Below are positions 1 to 9,791 of a stretch of 64,000 bases of DNA, piece by piece (position 1 is the stretch's first letter; every line of letters begins with the position of its first letter). The DNA comes from Candidatus Saccharibacteria bacterium UBA6824 (lineage in GTDB: Bacteria > Patescibacteriota > Saccharimonadia > Saccharimonadales > UBA10212). The translations under genes were made by a program, and so were the position numbers. The DNA lies in assembly GCA_002452155.1 (NCBI GenBank), contig DKEK01000003.1, forward strand, positions 9,851 to 73,850, written 5' to 3'. A model generated the notes under the pieces. That model made no database searches. It was not told where the DNA came from and worked only from the letters and a program-made list of their open reading frames with translations.

Positions 1-805
1 CAGCCTCTTTGGGTGCTAAGCCCTTTCGCATTTCTTCGCGTACCCGGAAGACCAGAAACAGACCGTAATCGGTGCCCGCGCCAAGTAGCAGAACAATCAG
101 CAAAATCTGGGTTATAAAGCCGACCTGCACCCCGGCTTTGGTTGATTCGGCAATAACCGGTTGGGCAATGGCCAGCGCCAGCCCAGCCGGCAACAGAGTC
201 ACAATTGGAGCCAAAAGCGAGCGGAAGACCGCCAAAAGCAGTACCAGGATTAGGACTATAGAGTAGAGTTCTGTGCGGTTGCGGCCTGAGCTGTTGGCGT
301 TCTCTTGGTCAACGCCGGCCGCCAAGTCGCCGGTGAGGTTAGCCTGGACGCCGGCCGGTAGTTCGGACTGACTTATGGCACTTCTTATATTTTTGATAAT
401 ATCAAAAGCCCCCTGGCCAAAGCCGGCACCGGATATACCCACCAAATACTCGTGGGCCTGGCCGTCGGCGCTGGCGCCTAAATCACGGATCTCGGTGACT
501 TCTTTGACGTGCCTGATGCTGTCAATCATTCGCGCTAGTGCGATGTTGTCGGCCGCGGTTAGCTGAGCTTGGTCATGGCTAACCACTATGATAGAGTTGG
601 TGGCCGTGTCTTGGCGCTGAAAGGCTGACTCTAGCTCGGAAGCAGTAGCAGTAGGACTATTTTTGGGTAAAAAGTCCGATGTATTGTTTTTTGTAACATC
701 ATTAATCTTAGGCAAAGTAGAGGATAAAATCGGTACAGCAGCTATCCAGGCAACAATTATTAGCCATCGAAACCGGACCGAAAACCGGGCAATTTTACTA
801 AACAT
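1..805 (-). CDS. MMPL/RND-superfamily membrane transporter, N-terminal part (gene continues beyond the left edge)
   Basis: Absent from the ORF track because no stop lies inside the window. My reverse-strand translation from the ATG at 805 reads MFSKIARFSVRFRWLIIVAWIAAVPILSS...ILLIVLLLGAGTDYGLFLVFRVREEMRKG. This gives a signal-anchor TM, a large external loop, then the GxxTDYxLF TM block typical of MMPL proteins. Confidence 0.65.
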   Translation of the reverse strand, partial: MFSKIARFSVRFRWLIIVAWIAAVPILSSTLPKINDVTKNNTSDFLPKNSPTATASELESAFQRQDTATNSIIVVSHDQAQLTAADNIALARMIDSIRHVKEVTEIRDLGASADGQAHEYLVGISGAGFGQGAFDIIKNIRSAISQSELPAGVQANLTGDLAAGVDQENANSSGRNRTELYSIVLILVLLLAVFRSLLAPIVTLLPAGLALAIAQPVIAESTKAGVQVGFITQILLIVLLLGAGTDYGLFLVFRVREEMRKGLAPKEA

Positions 806-968
806 CTACTTTTATCCTAGCGTATTTATCTATGTCCTACACTTATTTTTCGGTTCGCCTTTTAAGATCCTCCCAATTTTGAGCCGTCCCAACATTGAAC
901 TCATTTTATCATCGGGAAGAACTTAAAAAAAGCAAATTCCCCTCTTTGGATTTTAAGGGGAGGTTTTA

Positions 969-2381
969 TTATTCAGTGATTTTGATACCAAGGTCTTTGA
1001 GTTGTTTCTCGTCAACGTCGTTTGGCGCGTTCATGAGCAGGTCCCGGCTGTCACCAGTTTTGGGAAAGGCCATGACTTCGCGGATGCTCGGCTCATTTTG
1101 CAAGACCATAATTAACCGCTCCAAGCCCCAAGCAATGCCCCCATGCGGCGGCGCGCCGTAGCTGAGAGCTTTTAACATGTGGCCAAAATCGCGCTCGATA
1201 CGTTCGGGCTTATGGCCGATAATTTCCAGGACTTTGCGCAGGGCTTCGGGTTTATGGTTTCTAATACTGCCGCCAGCGATTTCAAAACCGTTTAAGACCA
1301 CATCGTACTGGGTGGTGATAATCTCGCCGATTTTTTCCTTTTTCATCAGGAGGTCTTGATGTTCCGGGATCGGCGCTGAAAATGGATTATGGGTGAAGGT
1401 CCATTCGCCAACCGCACCATGGTGTTCTTTTTTGTCAGTTTTCTCAAAAAAAGGAAAATCAATCACCCACAAGAATGCTAGCTCGTTTGGGTCGTCCTTA
1501 TTCTTGCGAAGATCCGGTCGGTCGGTGCCGTATTTATCAATAACCTCTTTATGGGTCATGCGCGGGAATGGCTTAGTGCTTATTTTCTTTTCGGGATATA
1601 ATTTTTCAACAATTTCAATTAGCAGCGCTTCGCTGTGGGCCATGACGTCATCACGCTCCACAAAACTCATTTCCAGGTCCAGCTGAGTAAATTCGGCCTG
1701 GCGGTCGCCGCGGGTATCTTCATCACGAAAACAACGGGCAATCTGAAAATACTTTTCAATGCCACCGACCATTAAAAGCTGTTTAAACTGCTGCGGCGAC
1801 TGGGGCAGGACAAAAAACTTGCCGGGACTCAGGCGGGCCGGCACGATATATTCGCGGGCACCTTCGGGTGTACCTTTGGTGAGGTTTGGTGTCTCGACTT
1901 CCCAAAAACCTTGCTTGTCCAGCTCGTCGCGGATCAGTTTGATAATCTTGTGGCGCATCTGCAGATTTTTTTGCATCCGCGGACTGCGCATATCTAGGTA
2001 GCGATAGGCCATGCGGGTTTCTTCTTTAGTTTCGGCCGCCTTGTCAATTTCAAAAACCGGCACCTCGGATTCGTTTAACACTTCCAGCGTCTCGGCGGCC
2101 AGCTCGACCGTGCCGGTCGGCAGGTCCGGATTAACTTGGTTGGGTTGGCGTTTTTGGATTTTGCCGGTGATGGCAACTACGAACTCCGAGCGCAAGTTTT
2201 CGGCCTGCTTGAAAAGTTTTTCGTCCCCGCCGCCCCAAAAGACAACCTGCAGCAAACCCGAGCGGTCGCGTAGATCAGCAAATATAAGTTTGCCGTGGTC
2301 GCGCCGGGCGTGCACCCAACCTTTGACCATAATTTTCTGGCCGACTTTATCGGCCGCTTCGCTAAGCAAAACTCGCTCCAT
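969..2381 (-). CDS. aspS: aspartyl-tRNA synthetase, bacterial type but lacking the GAD insertion domain (470 aa)
   Basis: Class II motif 2 FQIARCFRDEDTRGDRQAEFTQLDLEMSF and motif 3 GGSIRNH...YGAPPHGGIAWGLERLIMVL are present. DRPDLRKNKDDPNELAFLWVIDFPFFE joins directly where E. coli AspRS carries its ~130-aa GAD insertion. Confidence 0.93.
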   Translation of the reverse strand: MERVLLSEAADKVGQKIMVKGWVHARRDHGKLIFADLRDRSGLLQVVFWGGGDEKLFKQAENLRSEFVVAITGKIQKRQPNQVNPDLPTGTVELAAETLEVLNESEVPVFEIDKAAETKEETRMAYRYLDMRSPRMQKNLQMRHKIIKLIRDELDKQGFWEVETPNLTKGTPEGAREYIVPARLSPGKFFVLPQSPQQFKQLLMVGGIEKYFQIARCFRDEDTRGDRQAEFTQLDLEMSFVERDDVMAHSEALLIEIVEKLYPEKKISTKPFPRMTHKEVIDKYGTDRPDLRKNKDDPNELAFLWVIDFPFFEKTDKKEHHGAVGEWTFTHNPFSAPIPEHQDLLMKKEKIGEIITTQYDVVLNGFEIAGGSIRNHKPEALRKVLEIIGHKPERIERDFGHMLKALSYGAPPHGGIAWGLERLIMVLQNEPSIREVMAFPKTGDSRDLLMNAPNDVDEKQLKDLGIKITE

Positions 2382-2414
2382 AGGTGTTAGTTTAACTTAG
2401 AGTGACCCTATTGG

Positions 2415-3419
2415 CTACGGCCTTTTTTGTGATTCGTGGCCGGCGACAGCGTGCTTGTCGTGGTAACGGTCAAAGTCATCGCTAATTTTTTGACCGACGA
2501 TTTGCGACAGCACAGCCTCGAGTGTTAAGACACCGACGGTTTCTTCAAAATTATTGACCACAATAAGCAAATGATGACCGGATTTCAAAAAACCATCAAG
2601 GGACTGCAGTAGCGTGTGCGATTCGTTAATAAAATGGGCGTCGTGCTTCATAATATCGCCAATTTTGCCCGGTTTTTCCAGGTTTTTAAGCAGATCGGTA
2701 AGGTACAGTGTGCCAATGACCTCGGGATTTGTCGGTTTATCACTGCCCCTAATGACTGGGAAACGGCTAAAGCCGGTTTTATGGAGGTCGTCCATAAGTT
2801 TGGGCCCAATCGGCTCATCACGACTGACCCATACCACAGCCTTGCGCGGCGTCATGATACTGCCTACTAATATGTGGGCAAAGGTCAGGGCGCCACGGGC
2901 GGCTTTGAGCTCGGCCTCCGAAATCCGGTTATCGATTTGGCTTTTTTGGCGATCTAAAAACTCTAGCAAATCTTCGCGCTCATAAACTCCGCTGTGGATT
3001 TTGGGGTGGCCAAGCCTGCCAGCTATACGGCCAAAGATGGGCTGCAAAAAATCGACTACCGGTATTACTAGTGGTGCTACAACGCTTGAAACCTTCCACA
3101 ACCAACCGCCGGGCCGGACGGCAAATCGATCATCTAGTACCAGCCAGCTGACAACTAGAATAAAGGCCGCGGCCAGCCAGCCGGAAACCCCCGCCGCCAG
3201 TAAAAACAGGGCCGCGCCCGAGGCTGCGCCCAGCAACCAAATGATTATCTTTAGCGAAGTCTGAAAGGCCAGCAGTTTATAAAGGGCTTGGGTACGTTTG
3301 TCGTTGCTCGCCCGGGCGCGGCGGCGTAGTTCGTGCAATGGCAGGCTCTTTTCAGTTTTATAGAGTAGTAAGCATTTCAAAAAAACCAAAACCAGCAGCA
3401 AAATCGCTAGTGTTTTCAT
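2415..3419 (-). CDS. DUF21/CNNM-type membrane protein with CBS pair (HlyC/CorC family, no CorC_HlyC C-domain)
   Basis: Four N-terminal hydrophobic segments are followed by CBS-like repeats (ILVGSIMTPRKAVVWV..., IGDIMKHDAHFINESHTLLQSLDGFLKSGHHLLIVVNNFEETVGVLTLEAVL). Confidence 0.75.
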   Translation of the reverse strand: MKTLAILLLVLVFLKCLLLYKTEKSLPLHELRRRARASNDKRTQALYKLLAFQTSLKIIIWLLGAASGAALFLLAAGVSGWLAAAFILVVSWLVLDDRFAVRPGGWLWKVSSVVAPLVIPVVDFLQPIFGRIAGRLGHPKIHSGVYEREDLLEFLDRQKSQIDNRISEAELKAARGALTFAHILVGSIMTPRKAVVWVSRDEPIGPKLMDDLHKTGFSRFPVIRGSDKPTNPEVIGTLYLTDLLKNLEKPGKIGDIMKHDAHFINESHTLLQSLDGFLKSGHHLLIVVNNFEETVGVLTLEAVLSQIVGQKISDDFDRYHDKHAVAGHESQKRP

Positions 3420-3458
3420 CTCTTAATCTTAACAGAACCGCGTGTTATCATAGTAGCC

Positions 3459-4112
3459 ATGGATAAACGGTTTTTGGCAATTTTAGCCGCGATTGCAGTA
3501 ATCTTTGGCGGCATATTTGTTTTTTCGCAACATTCGGGAAATAAATCCGGCGGCGGTCAGCCTTCCAACCACGTTATAGGTGATGGCGCTAAGAACGTTA
3601 CGTTGGTTGAATATGGTGACTACCAATGTCCCATCTGCGAAGCCTACGAACCGGTGGTGGAACAAGTCCGGACGGCTTACGCTAAAGACATCCATTTCCA
3701 GTTTAGAAATCTGCCGTTACCGGGGCTGCACAAAAACGCCTTTTCGGCTGCCCGGGCAGCCGAAGCTGCCAGCCTGCAAGGCAAATTTTGGGAAATGCAC
3801 GACACCCTATACAACCTGACCAACTGGCAGGCCTGGACCGCTTCTTCCAGCCCGATAGACCTGTTCAAGGTCTACGCCCAGCAGCTGGGGCTCGACGTTG
3901 CCAAATTCCAGTCTGATTTTGCCAGTGAGAGCGTTAATTCGACCATCCAAGCTGATCTAGACGCCTTTAAGAAAACCAAACAACAACAAGCCACCCCGAG
4001 CTTTTTCTTAGGTAGTACTTATATCGACAATTCTAAACTGACCGACCAAAACAACCGGCCGTTGTTTGAAAAGTTTAAAACCATTTTGGACGCCGAAATC
4101 GCTAAGCACTAG
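3459..4112 (+). CDS. DsbA-family thiol:disulfide oxidoreductase, membrane anchored
   Basis: N-terminal TM (FLAILAAIAVIFGGIFVF) and thioredoxin-fold CxxC motif YGDYQCPICEAYEP. Length is typical of the DsbA/BdbD family. Confidence 0.8.
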   Translation: MDKRFLAILAAIAVIFGGIFVFSQHSGNKSGGGQPSNHVIGDGAKNVTLVEYGDYQCPICEAYEPVVEQVRTAYAKDIHFQFRNLPLPGLHKNAFSAARAAEAASLQGKFWEMHDTLYNLTNWQAWTASSSPIDLFKVYAQQLGLDVAKFQSDFASESVNSTIQADLDAFKKTKQQQATPSFFLGSTYIDNSKLTDQNNRPLFEKFKTILDAEIAKH

Positions 4113-4307
4113 CCCCAGGCAGTAATACTTAACCCACGCCCTAAATCATGACATTCCGAAATAGATTTATTCAATCTCTTCTCCATTCAGATTTAGAGCG
4201 GGGCAAGCAGGTCAAGCAATTTCCGGGTGACGCGGCAGGACCCGGTAGGCAAATCGATGCGTATTGTCTGTCGGCTCTCTTCCCTATACCATAAACACTA
4301 AGAACCC

Positions 4308-5624
4308 ATGAGCCAAAACCGACTGATAAAAGAAATTAATAGGTTAGAGTCAACTAAACCAATTAAAAAAAGTGAGGAATACTGGGCCGAGCTGGGGCCG
4401 GGCCTCACAACTGGCGCCAGCGACGACGACCCCTCGGGTATTGCGACGTATTCACAAACCGGCGCCCAATATGGCTTCCAGCTGCTGTGGCTGAGCATCG
4501 TCACCTTTCCCCTAATGGCTATTGTCCAGGAAATGTGCGCCCGCATCGGCCTGGTCACCGGCCGGGGATTGGCCGGTAGTATCCGGACCCATTTTTCTAA
4601 AAAAGTGCTCTATATTTGCACCATTTTACTTTTTGCAGCCAATGCCTTTAATATCGGCGCTGACCTTGGGGCCATGGCCAAGGCCGTGCAGTTGCTACGG
4701 CCCAGTTTGAATTATAGTCCTTTGGTAATTGGCTTTGTGGTCTTGACACTGCTGATGCAGATTATTATGCCCTATGCCCGCTATGCTAAATATCTTAAAT
4801 GGCTGGCTATGGTGCTGCTAGCCTATGTGGCATCGGCCTTAGTGGCGCATCTGAATTGGGGGGACGTTCTGCGTCAGGGCGTTTCGCCTTCGATTCATTT
4901 CACACGCGACCAACTACTGTTAATTTGCGCTATTTTGGGTACCACCATTTCGCCGTACTTGTTTTTTTGGCAGACCTCGCAAGAAGTAGAAGATAAGATT
5001 CAAAAAGGCGAAACAACCGTTGCCTCCCGCCAAGGCACCGACCAAGCGGCTGTCCATAGCATGCGAGTCGATGTCTGGAGCGGCATGTTTTTATCTAACG
5101 TGGTGATGTTCTTTATTATCGCTGCCTGCGGGGCAATTCTTTTTCCTCATGGTATAACCAACATCCAAACTTCGGCCCAAGCCGCCGAAGCCCTGCGACC
5201 AATCGCCGGTAACATCACTTATTACTTATTTGCTGTCGGTATTATTGGCACTGGCCTGCTGGCCATTCCGGTGTTGGCCGGCGCCAGCAGTTACGCTGTT
5301 AGCGAAAGCTTTAAGTGGCGCGAAGGCTTGTATCGCAAGTTTGGTCAGGCCCATGCCTTTTATGGCGTCTTGATTGTCTCGATGTTAGTGGGACTGGGCA
5401 TCAATTTCTTAGGCATTGACCCCATAAAAGCCTTGATTTACTCGGCCGTGGCTAACGGTCTGGTGGCGCCTATCGTGCTGGCGCTAATCGTCCTAATCAG
5501 CAGTAACCGCCGGATTATGGGCGACTGGACTAACAAGCGGTCCACAACCTGGCTGGGTTGGACGGTAACGGGAATGATGAGCGTCGCCGGGGCGGCCGCC
5601 ATCGTTTCGATATTTTGGCATTAG
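4308..5624 (+). CDS. mntH: NRAMP-family divalent metal cation transporter
   Basis: Signature GPGLTTGASDDDPSGIATYSQTGAQYGFQLLW plus about 11 TM segments over 438 aa. Confidence 0.85.
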   Translation: MSQNRLIKEINRLESTKPIKKSEEYWAELGPGLTTGASDDDPSGIATYSQTGAQYGFQLLWLSIVTFPLMAIVQEMCARIGLVTGRGLAGSIRTHFSKKVLYICTILLFAANAFNIGADLGAMAKAVQLLRPSLNYSPLVIGFVVLTLLMQIIMPYARYAKYLKWLAMVLLAYVASALVAHLNWGDVLRQGVSPSIHFTRDQLLLICAILGTTISPYLFFWQTSQEVEDKIQKGETTVASRQGTDQAAVHSMRVDVWSGMFLSNVVMFFIIAACGAILFPHGITNIQTSAQAAEALRPIAGNITYYLFAVGIIGTGLLAIPVLAGASSYAVSESFKWREGLYRKFGQAHAFYGVLIVSMLVGLGINFLGIDPIKALIYSAVANGLVAPIVLALIVLISSNRRIMGDWTNKRSTTWLGWTVTGMMSVAGAAAIVSIFWH

Positions 5625-5649
5625 TACTTTCAGGGTAGAATGAAGTCAA

Positions 5650-7413
5650 ATGGATGATGTTTTTGCGGGACTAAGCATAGTAATCGCCGTCGGCGCGGCT
5701 GTGGCCGTGTTCATGCGCTGGCTTGGTCAGCCCTTAATGATAGGCCACATCCTGACGGGTATTTTAGTCGGTCCTATTGCCTTTCATGTTCTTGATTCCA
5801 ACCACTCACTGGCCGTTTTTGGCAACATCGGCATTGCTCTGCTGCTATTTATTATCGGGCTCGGTATGAACCCCAAAGTTATATCCGAGGTGGGACGGCC
5901 CGCGACGATTGTAGCCCTCAGTCAAATAACAATTACAACGAGCATAGGTTGGCTGGTTTGTTCAGCCGTCGGGCTTTCGAGCCGCGAGGCTTTTTTTGTC
6001 GGTATTGGCCTTGCTATTAGCAGTACCATTGTCGCCCTCAAGCTACTCAGCGATAGAAAGGAGCAGGGCCGGCTTTACGGCAAGTTAACTATCGGTGCCT
6101 CTTTGGTTGAAGACGTTATAGCTGCCATTGCTCTGCTACTAGTAGCTTCTGCCCACGATGGGCAGTGGTTCGCGATTGGTTCGCTCTTCAGCCTGGCCTT
6201 TAAAGGCCTGCTTATCGGCTCGGCCATGTACATCGTGGTCCGATACTTATTACCCAAAGCCCGCAAGCTTATTGCCTCTGACCAAGAGGTGCTGTTCCTT
6301 TTCGCTATTGCTTGGGGGCTAGGCAGCGCCACATTGCTTGCCAAGGCCGGTTTTAGCCTGGAAGTCGGCGCCCTAGCCGCAGGTGTCTTTTTGGCTTCCC
6401 TGCCTTACGCCCAGGAAATTGCCGCCCGTCTTAGACCACTGCGCGATTTCTTCGTGGTGATATTTTTTATCGCGCTGGGCGCCGAACTATCGTTCGATAA
6501 TTTCAGCCAATACATTTTACCGATAATCGCCGGCTCATTGGTTGTCATACTAATCAAACCGCTTGGCATTATGACTAGCTTGGGCTTTTTGGGCTATACC
6601 AAACGCACCAGCTTCAAAACGGCCATCACTTTGACACAAATTAGCGAGTTCTCGATAATATTTGTGATTTTGGGCGCCCAGAAAGGGCTTATCGACCAGC
6701 ATATAGTGTCGCTGTTGACGTTTATCGCGTTAATTACCATTGCCGCTTCTACCTACCTAGTGACATTCAGCGACCAGCTCTACGGCGCGCTGGAAAAATA
6801 CCTGGGTATGTTCGAGCGCAAAAAAGCCCAGGGCGAGCCAAAGATTGAAGGTAACTATGAGCTCGTACTTTTTGGTTACCAACGCGGCGGTCATGAATTT
6901 ATCAATCTCTTCAAAAAATTAAAGAAGAAGTATGTCGTTATTGACTACGACCCCGAGGTTATCGATACTATTGAACGGCGAAAAATTAATTATTTGTATG
7001 GCGACGCCACCGATGTTGAACTTTTAGAAGAAGCCGGACTCAACCGCGCGCGTTTGGTTGTTTCGACGATTCCCGATTTCGACGTAAACGTCTCCTTGCT
7101 TGAGTTCCTGCAGCACAACAATAAGGGCGCTATTAGCATTATGCACGCCGATGATCCGTTGGAAGCCGCCAAACTCTATGAAGCCGGCGCAACTTATGTG
7201 ATTTTGCCCCATTACATTGGCAGCGAGCAGGTCAGCACCTTCATTGCCAAATCCGGTATGAGCAAGTCGGCCTTTACCAAGCAGCGCAAGCGGCACCTGG
7301 ATTACTTGGAAAGGCATTACGGCGCGTTGGAAAAATTAAGCGAAGTCCACAAAAAAAAGCTAGGTCACGCCATCGTCGCCGGCATGGCCAGCCTCGGCAA
7401 AGCCAAAACTTAG
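5650..7413 (+). CDS. Kef-type cation:proton antiporter (CPA2) with C-terminal RCK/TrkA-N domain
   Basis: The N-terminal ~380 aa are polytopic. The C-terminal Rossmann segment YELVLFGYQRGGHEFINLF...VVIDYDPEVIDTIERRKINYLYGDATDVELLEEAGLNRARLVVSTIPD is typical of RCK N-domains. Confidence 0.8.
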   Translation: MDDVFAGLSIVIAVGAAVAVFMRWLGQPLMIGHILTGILVGPIAFHVLDSNHSLAVFGNIGIALLLFIIGLGMNPKVISEVGRPATIVALSQITITTSIGWLVCSAVGLSSREAFFVGIGLAISSTIVALKLLSDRKEQGRLYGKLTIGASLVEDVIAAIALLLVASAHDGQWFAIGSLFSLAFKGLLIGSAMYIVVRYLLPKARKLIASDQEVLFLFAIAWGLGSATLLAKAGFSLEVGALAAGVFLASLPYAQEIAARLRPLRDFFVVIFFIALGAELSFDNFSQYILPIIAGSLVVILIKPLGIMTSLGFLGYTKRTSFKTAITLTQISEFSIIFVILGAQKGLIDQHIVSLLTFIALITIAASTYLVTFSDQLYGALEKYLGMFERKKAQGEPKIEGNYELVLFGYQRGGHEFINLFKKLKKKYVVIDYDPEVIDTIERRKINYLYGDATDVELLEEAGLNRARLVVSTIPDFDVNVSLLEFLQHNNKGAISIMHADDPLEAAKLYEAGATYVILPHYIGSEQVSTFIAKSGMSKSAFTKQRKRHLDYLERHYGALEKLSEVHKKKLGHAIVAGMASLGKAKT

Positions 7414-7473
7414 AAATTTCTTCGCCAATCAAAAGGGGTTAGTGCTCTAAAGCTAGCCCGAAGAATCACCACA

Positions 7474-9135
7474 CTAAGCCGCAAAGTGAAAGATATAGAG
7501 TTGAATAGCAGACTTACCAATTGCGCTGGCGTGAGCAAAAGCCTTTTTAATAATGCTCAAGCCCACAAGCAGTTTCTTGATAATTTCGTGTGTGCCGCTG
7601 TCTTGAGGTGCTTTGTCTGTTTCTTCTTCATTCTTCAGCTTTTGCATTTCGTCGGCCAAATGCCATTTAAGCGTTAGGTATGACAAAGACTCAATGAGTT
7701 CAGGCGTGTAGTCAATGGCCATCTTGTCTAAGAGCTCGGTGAATAATACCTCTAGCTCTTCTTGGGCTTCAGCTTCGGTAATAATATTTTCGCCACTGCT
7801 GGCCTCAAGCTTTGCTGGCACCTCAATAATTTTATCCAAAATTTCATTCACCTTTTCAGTCGCTTCCTGTTCGCTGGCCTTGATGCGCCCAGTCAGCTGA
7901 ATGAGCGAGTCTTCAATTTCCTCAATGGTTAAACTAATCTGAGCAAGCTGTTCCGGGCTGGTGACTTCCAGTTGCCCTGAAAGGTCTGATTCATTACTTA
8001 ACTGGGAAATTGATGTTTCTTCTCCTGCCTCTAGGTCATACTCAGCAACCTCCAGGGTTGGCATAGAAGACATATATAGCTCATCAAGTTCCAGATCAAC
8101 TTCTTCAAGATGGTCTAGCAGAACTTCTTCTTCAACAAAATTAGTGAAACTCTTAGTGCCCGTTTGATAATCAAGAGTCGCTAGAGTTGGCTCATATTCG
8201 GCCACTTCAATTTTTTCATCGCTCAGTTCTGTAGTATCGTCTGAAGTGGCAGCGCTTTCGGGGTCTAAGGGTGATAGCCCTGTGGGTTCCGGTTCGGAAG
8301 TTGCTTCAATTGCCACGGACAAAGTAAAAGGTTCGGTCTCTTGGTCTGCGACAAGTTGGGGCCTATCCGGTGCTGGCACTTCTTCAACAATAGGATTTGC
8401 TGCAGCATTGACCTCTAGTATTTCGAAAGTTGGCATTTGCTGTTTTGCCTCAACCTTTGATTTAATGGCGAATTTTGTTTCCTTTAATTGACCTTCGGCT
8501 GAGGGTCCCATAGGCTTAAATTCTTGGCCGGTATCATCAATACCGGATTCTAGCACTGAGCTTTCGGAGGTACTGGTCGCAACAACCAATTCTTCAGGCG
8601 CGCCAGGATTGCTTCCTTCAGAGCCAGAGGACTTTTCTGCCCTACTAGCGGATAGCTCTATGTGTTTGGCCCGGTCAATTTCTTTTTTCGGTTGCCTCTT
8701 TGAATCGACCGTATTTAGGTCCCCCTGTACTTTCTGGGTTTCAATTTTTGTATTACTCCGCTGATCAACCTCTTCATTTTTTTCAAGTTCATCTTCTTCC
8801 TGCTTGTCTCCCTCGTCCGGCTCTTCAGTTTCTGTCACCCGATTGGCCAGTAATTGACTCACCGCCAATGATACTAGGTGAATATTTTCATAAGTTATTG
8901 GTTCTGGATACGCATTCATGGCGTCACTTAGCGTCACTTCCATGTCATTCAGCCAGGAACATCTAACAAGCACGTCTGCATTTGCGGCTACAAGGGCAAA
9001 CAACTCCGCATCCCAGTTGTCGTCGATTATTTCACTACCAAAGCCACCAGATACATTGGTCTGATCTTGTATTTCTGGAATGCTCGCAGCCTCATAACCC
9101 AAGTTCTGTCCGAGTGAATATGCAGTTTCCGACAT
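7474..9135 (-). CDS. hyper-acidic (E/D/S/T-rich) orphan protein with hydrophobic C-terminal tail
   Basis: Long uninterrupted ORF. I prefer the ATG at 9135 (MSETAYSLG), preceded by AGGGG about 10 nt upstream, over the GTG at 9153. The sequence is dominated by runs such as EEPDEGDKQEEDELEKNEEVDQ. The C-terminus LLVGLSIIKKAFAHASAIGKSAIQLYIFHFAA is amphipathic/hydrophobic. I recognise no family. Confidence 0.55.
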   Translation of the reverse strand: MSETAYSLGQNLGYEAASIPEIQDQTNVSGGFGSEIIDDNWDAELFALVAANADVLVRCSWLNDMEVTLSDAMNAYPEPITYENIHLVSLAVSQLLANRVTETEEPDEGDKQEEDELEKNEEVDQRSNTKIETQKVQGDLNTVDSKRQPKKEIDRAKHIELSASRAEKSSGSEGSNPGAPEELVVATSTSESSVLESGIDDTGQEFKPMGPSAEGQLKETKFAIKSKVEAKQQMPTFEILEVNAAANPIVEEVPAPDRPQLVADQETEPFTLSVAIEATSEPEPTGLSPLDPESAATSDDTTELSDEKIEVAEYEPTLATLDYQTGTKSFTNFVEEEVLLDHLEEVDLELDELYMSSMPTLEVAEYDLEAGEETSISQLSNESDLSGQLEVTSPEQLAQISLTIEEIEDSLIQLTGRIKASEQEATEKVNEILDKIIEVPAKLEASSGENIITEAEAQEELEVLFTELLDKMAIDYTPELIESLSYLTLKWHLADEMQKLKNEEETDKAPQDSGTHEIIKKLLVGLSIIKKAFAHASAIGKSAIQLYIFHFAA

Positions 9136-9389
9136 TAAAATACCCCTACTCACCGGCAGGGGTCGAAAATACTTAAGTAGGTCAAGCTTTTTACTCCTGC
9201 TCGAGAGATTTTATGAAGCTGTATCGGACTTTAACCGTTGCGGCACAGTTCCGGATTTACACCGGATTCCAGCTATTTAATTTGTTAACGCTTGCCCCGT
9301 ACCTCTTCAGGGTGAGAGTAGTCTGTAATCAGATTACGATAACGCCTGCAAAAGGTGCGTGGGTAAATTTATAATAGCACAGGTAGATT

Positions 9390-9617
9390 TTAATGAAATC
9401 TAGGTTTGAGCGGTATAGCCACGGCGCCTAGGCCATGTTGGGTTTCTGGGTCTAGAGAAGGTCTAACAATAATTTCAACGTGCGGGGCTTCTAGGGGATT
9501 TTGAGCAACAGTACCATTTACTACTTCATAGCCGCCTTCAATTAAACTAAGGCGAGCTCTCTCCAACTCCGGCATAGCTCCAGGCATTTCGTAACTGTAA
9601 TCGACTGCTTCAGACAT
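9390..9617 (-). CDS. hypothetical small protein (75 aa)
   Basis: ORF only, no recognisable motif. It sits alone between the acidic protein and the yggT-like gene. Confidence 0.3.
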   Translation of the reverse strand: MSEAVDYSYEMPGAMPELERARLSLIEGGYEVVNGTVAQNPLEAPHVEIIVRPSLDPETQHGLGAVAIPLKPRFH

Positions 9618-9791
9618 CTTGAGTTCCTCTTTATTTAATAACTGCGGTTAAAATTATGCTCTTATATTTTGTGAATGCAAGTGCTTATTAGGCTCAACGC
9701 TTTATTGAATGAAGTTTCAAAATATGGTTCTTCGTTTAGCCTTCGTAGCAAGTACTACGGCGAAGTAGGCTAGTGAAGGAAGTTAAGATGC

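Noticed and set aside
4113-4307. Possible metal (yybP-ykoY/Mn2+) riboswitch in the 195-nt leader of the NRAMP gene.
   Set aside because: Some pairing exists (AGAGC...GCTCT, CCGGG...CCCGG). However, the conserved GGGGAGUAG and UUGACAUA loops of the Mn riboswitch are not matched (GGGGCAAGCAG and AUUGUCUGUC instead), and there is no clear expression platform. A cmscan with RF00080 would settle it.
9154-9389. Possible small RNA or small ORF in the 236-bp spacer upstream of the acidic protein gene (short hairpins TCCGG-ATTTACA-CCGGA and GTAATC-A-GATTAC).
   Set aside because: Only short 5-6-bp stems are present, with no terminator and no match to RNA family motifs I know. It is most simply a promoter/leader region.
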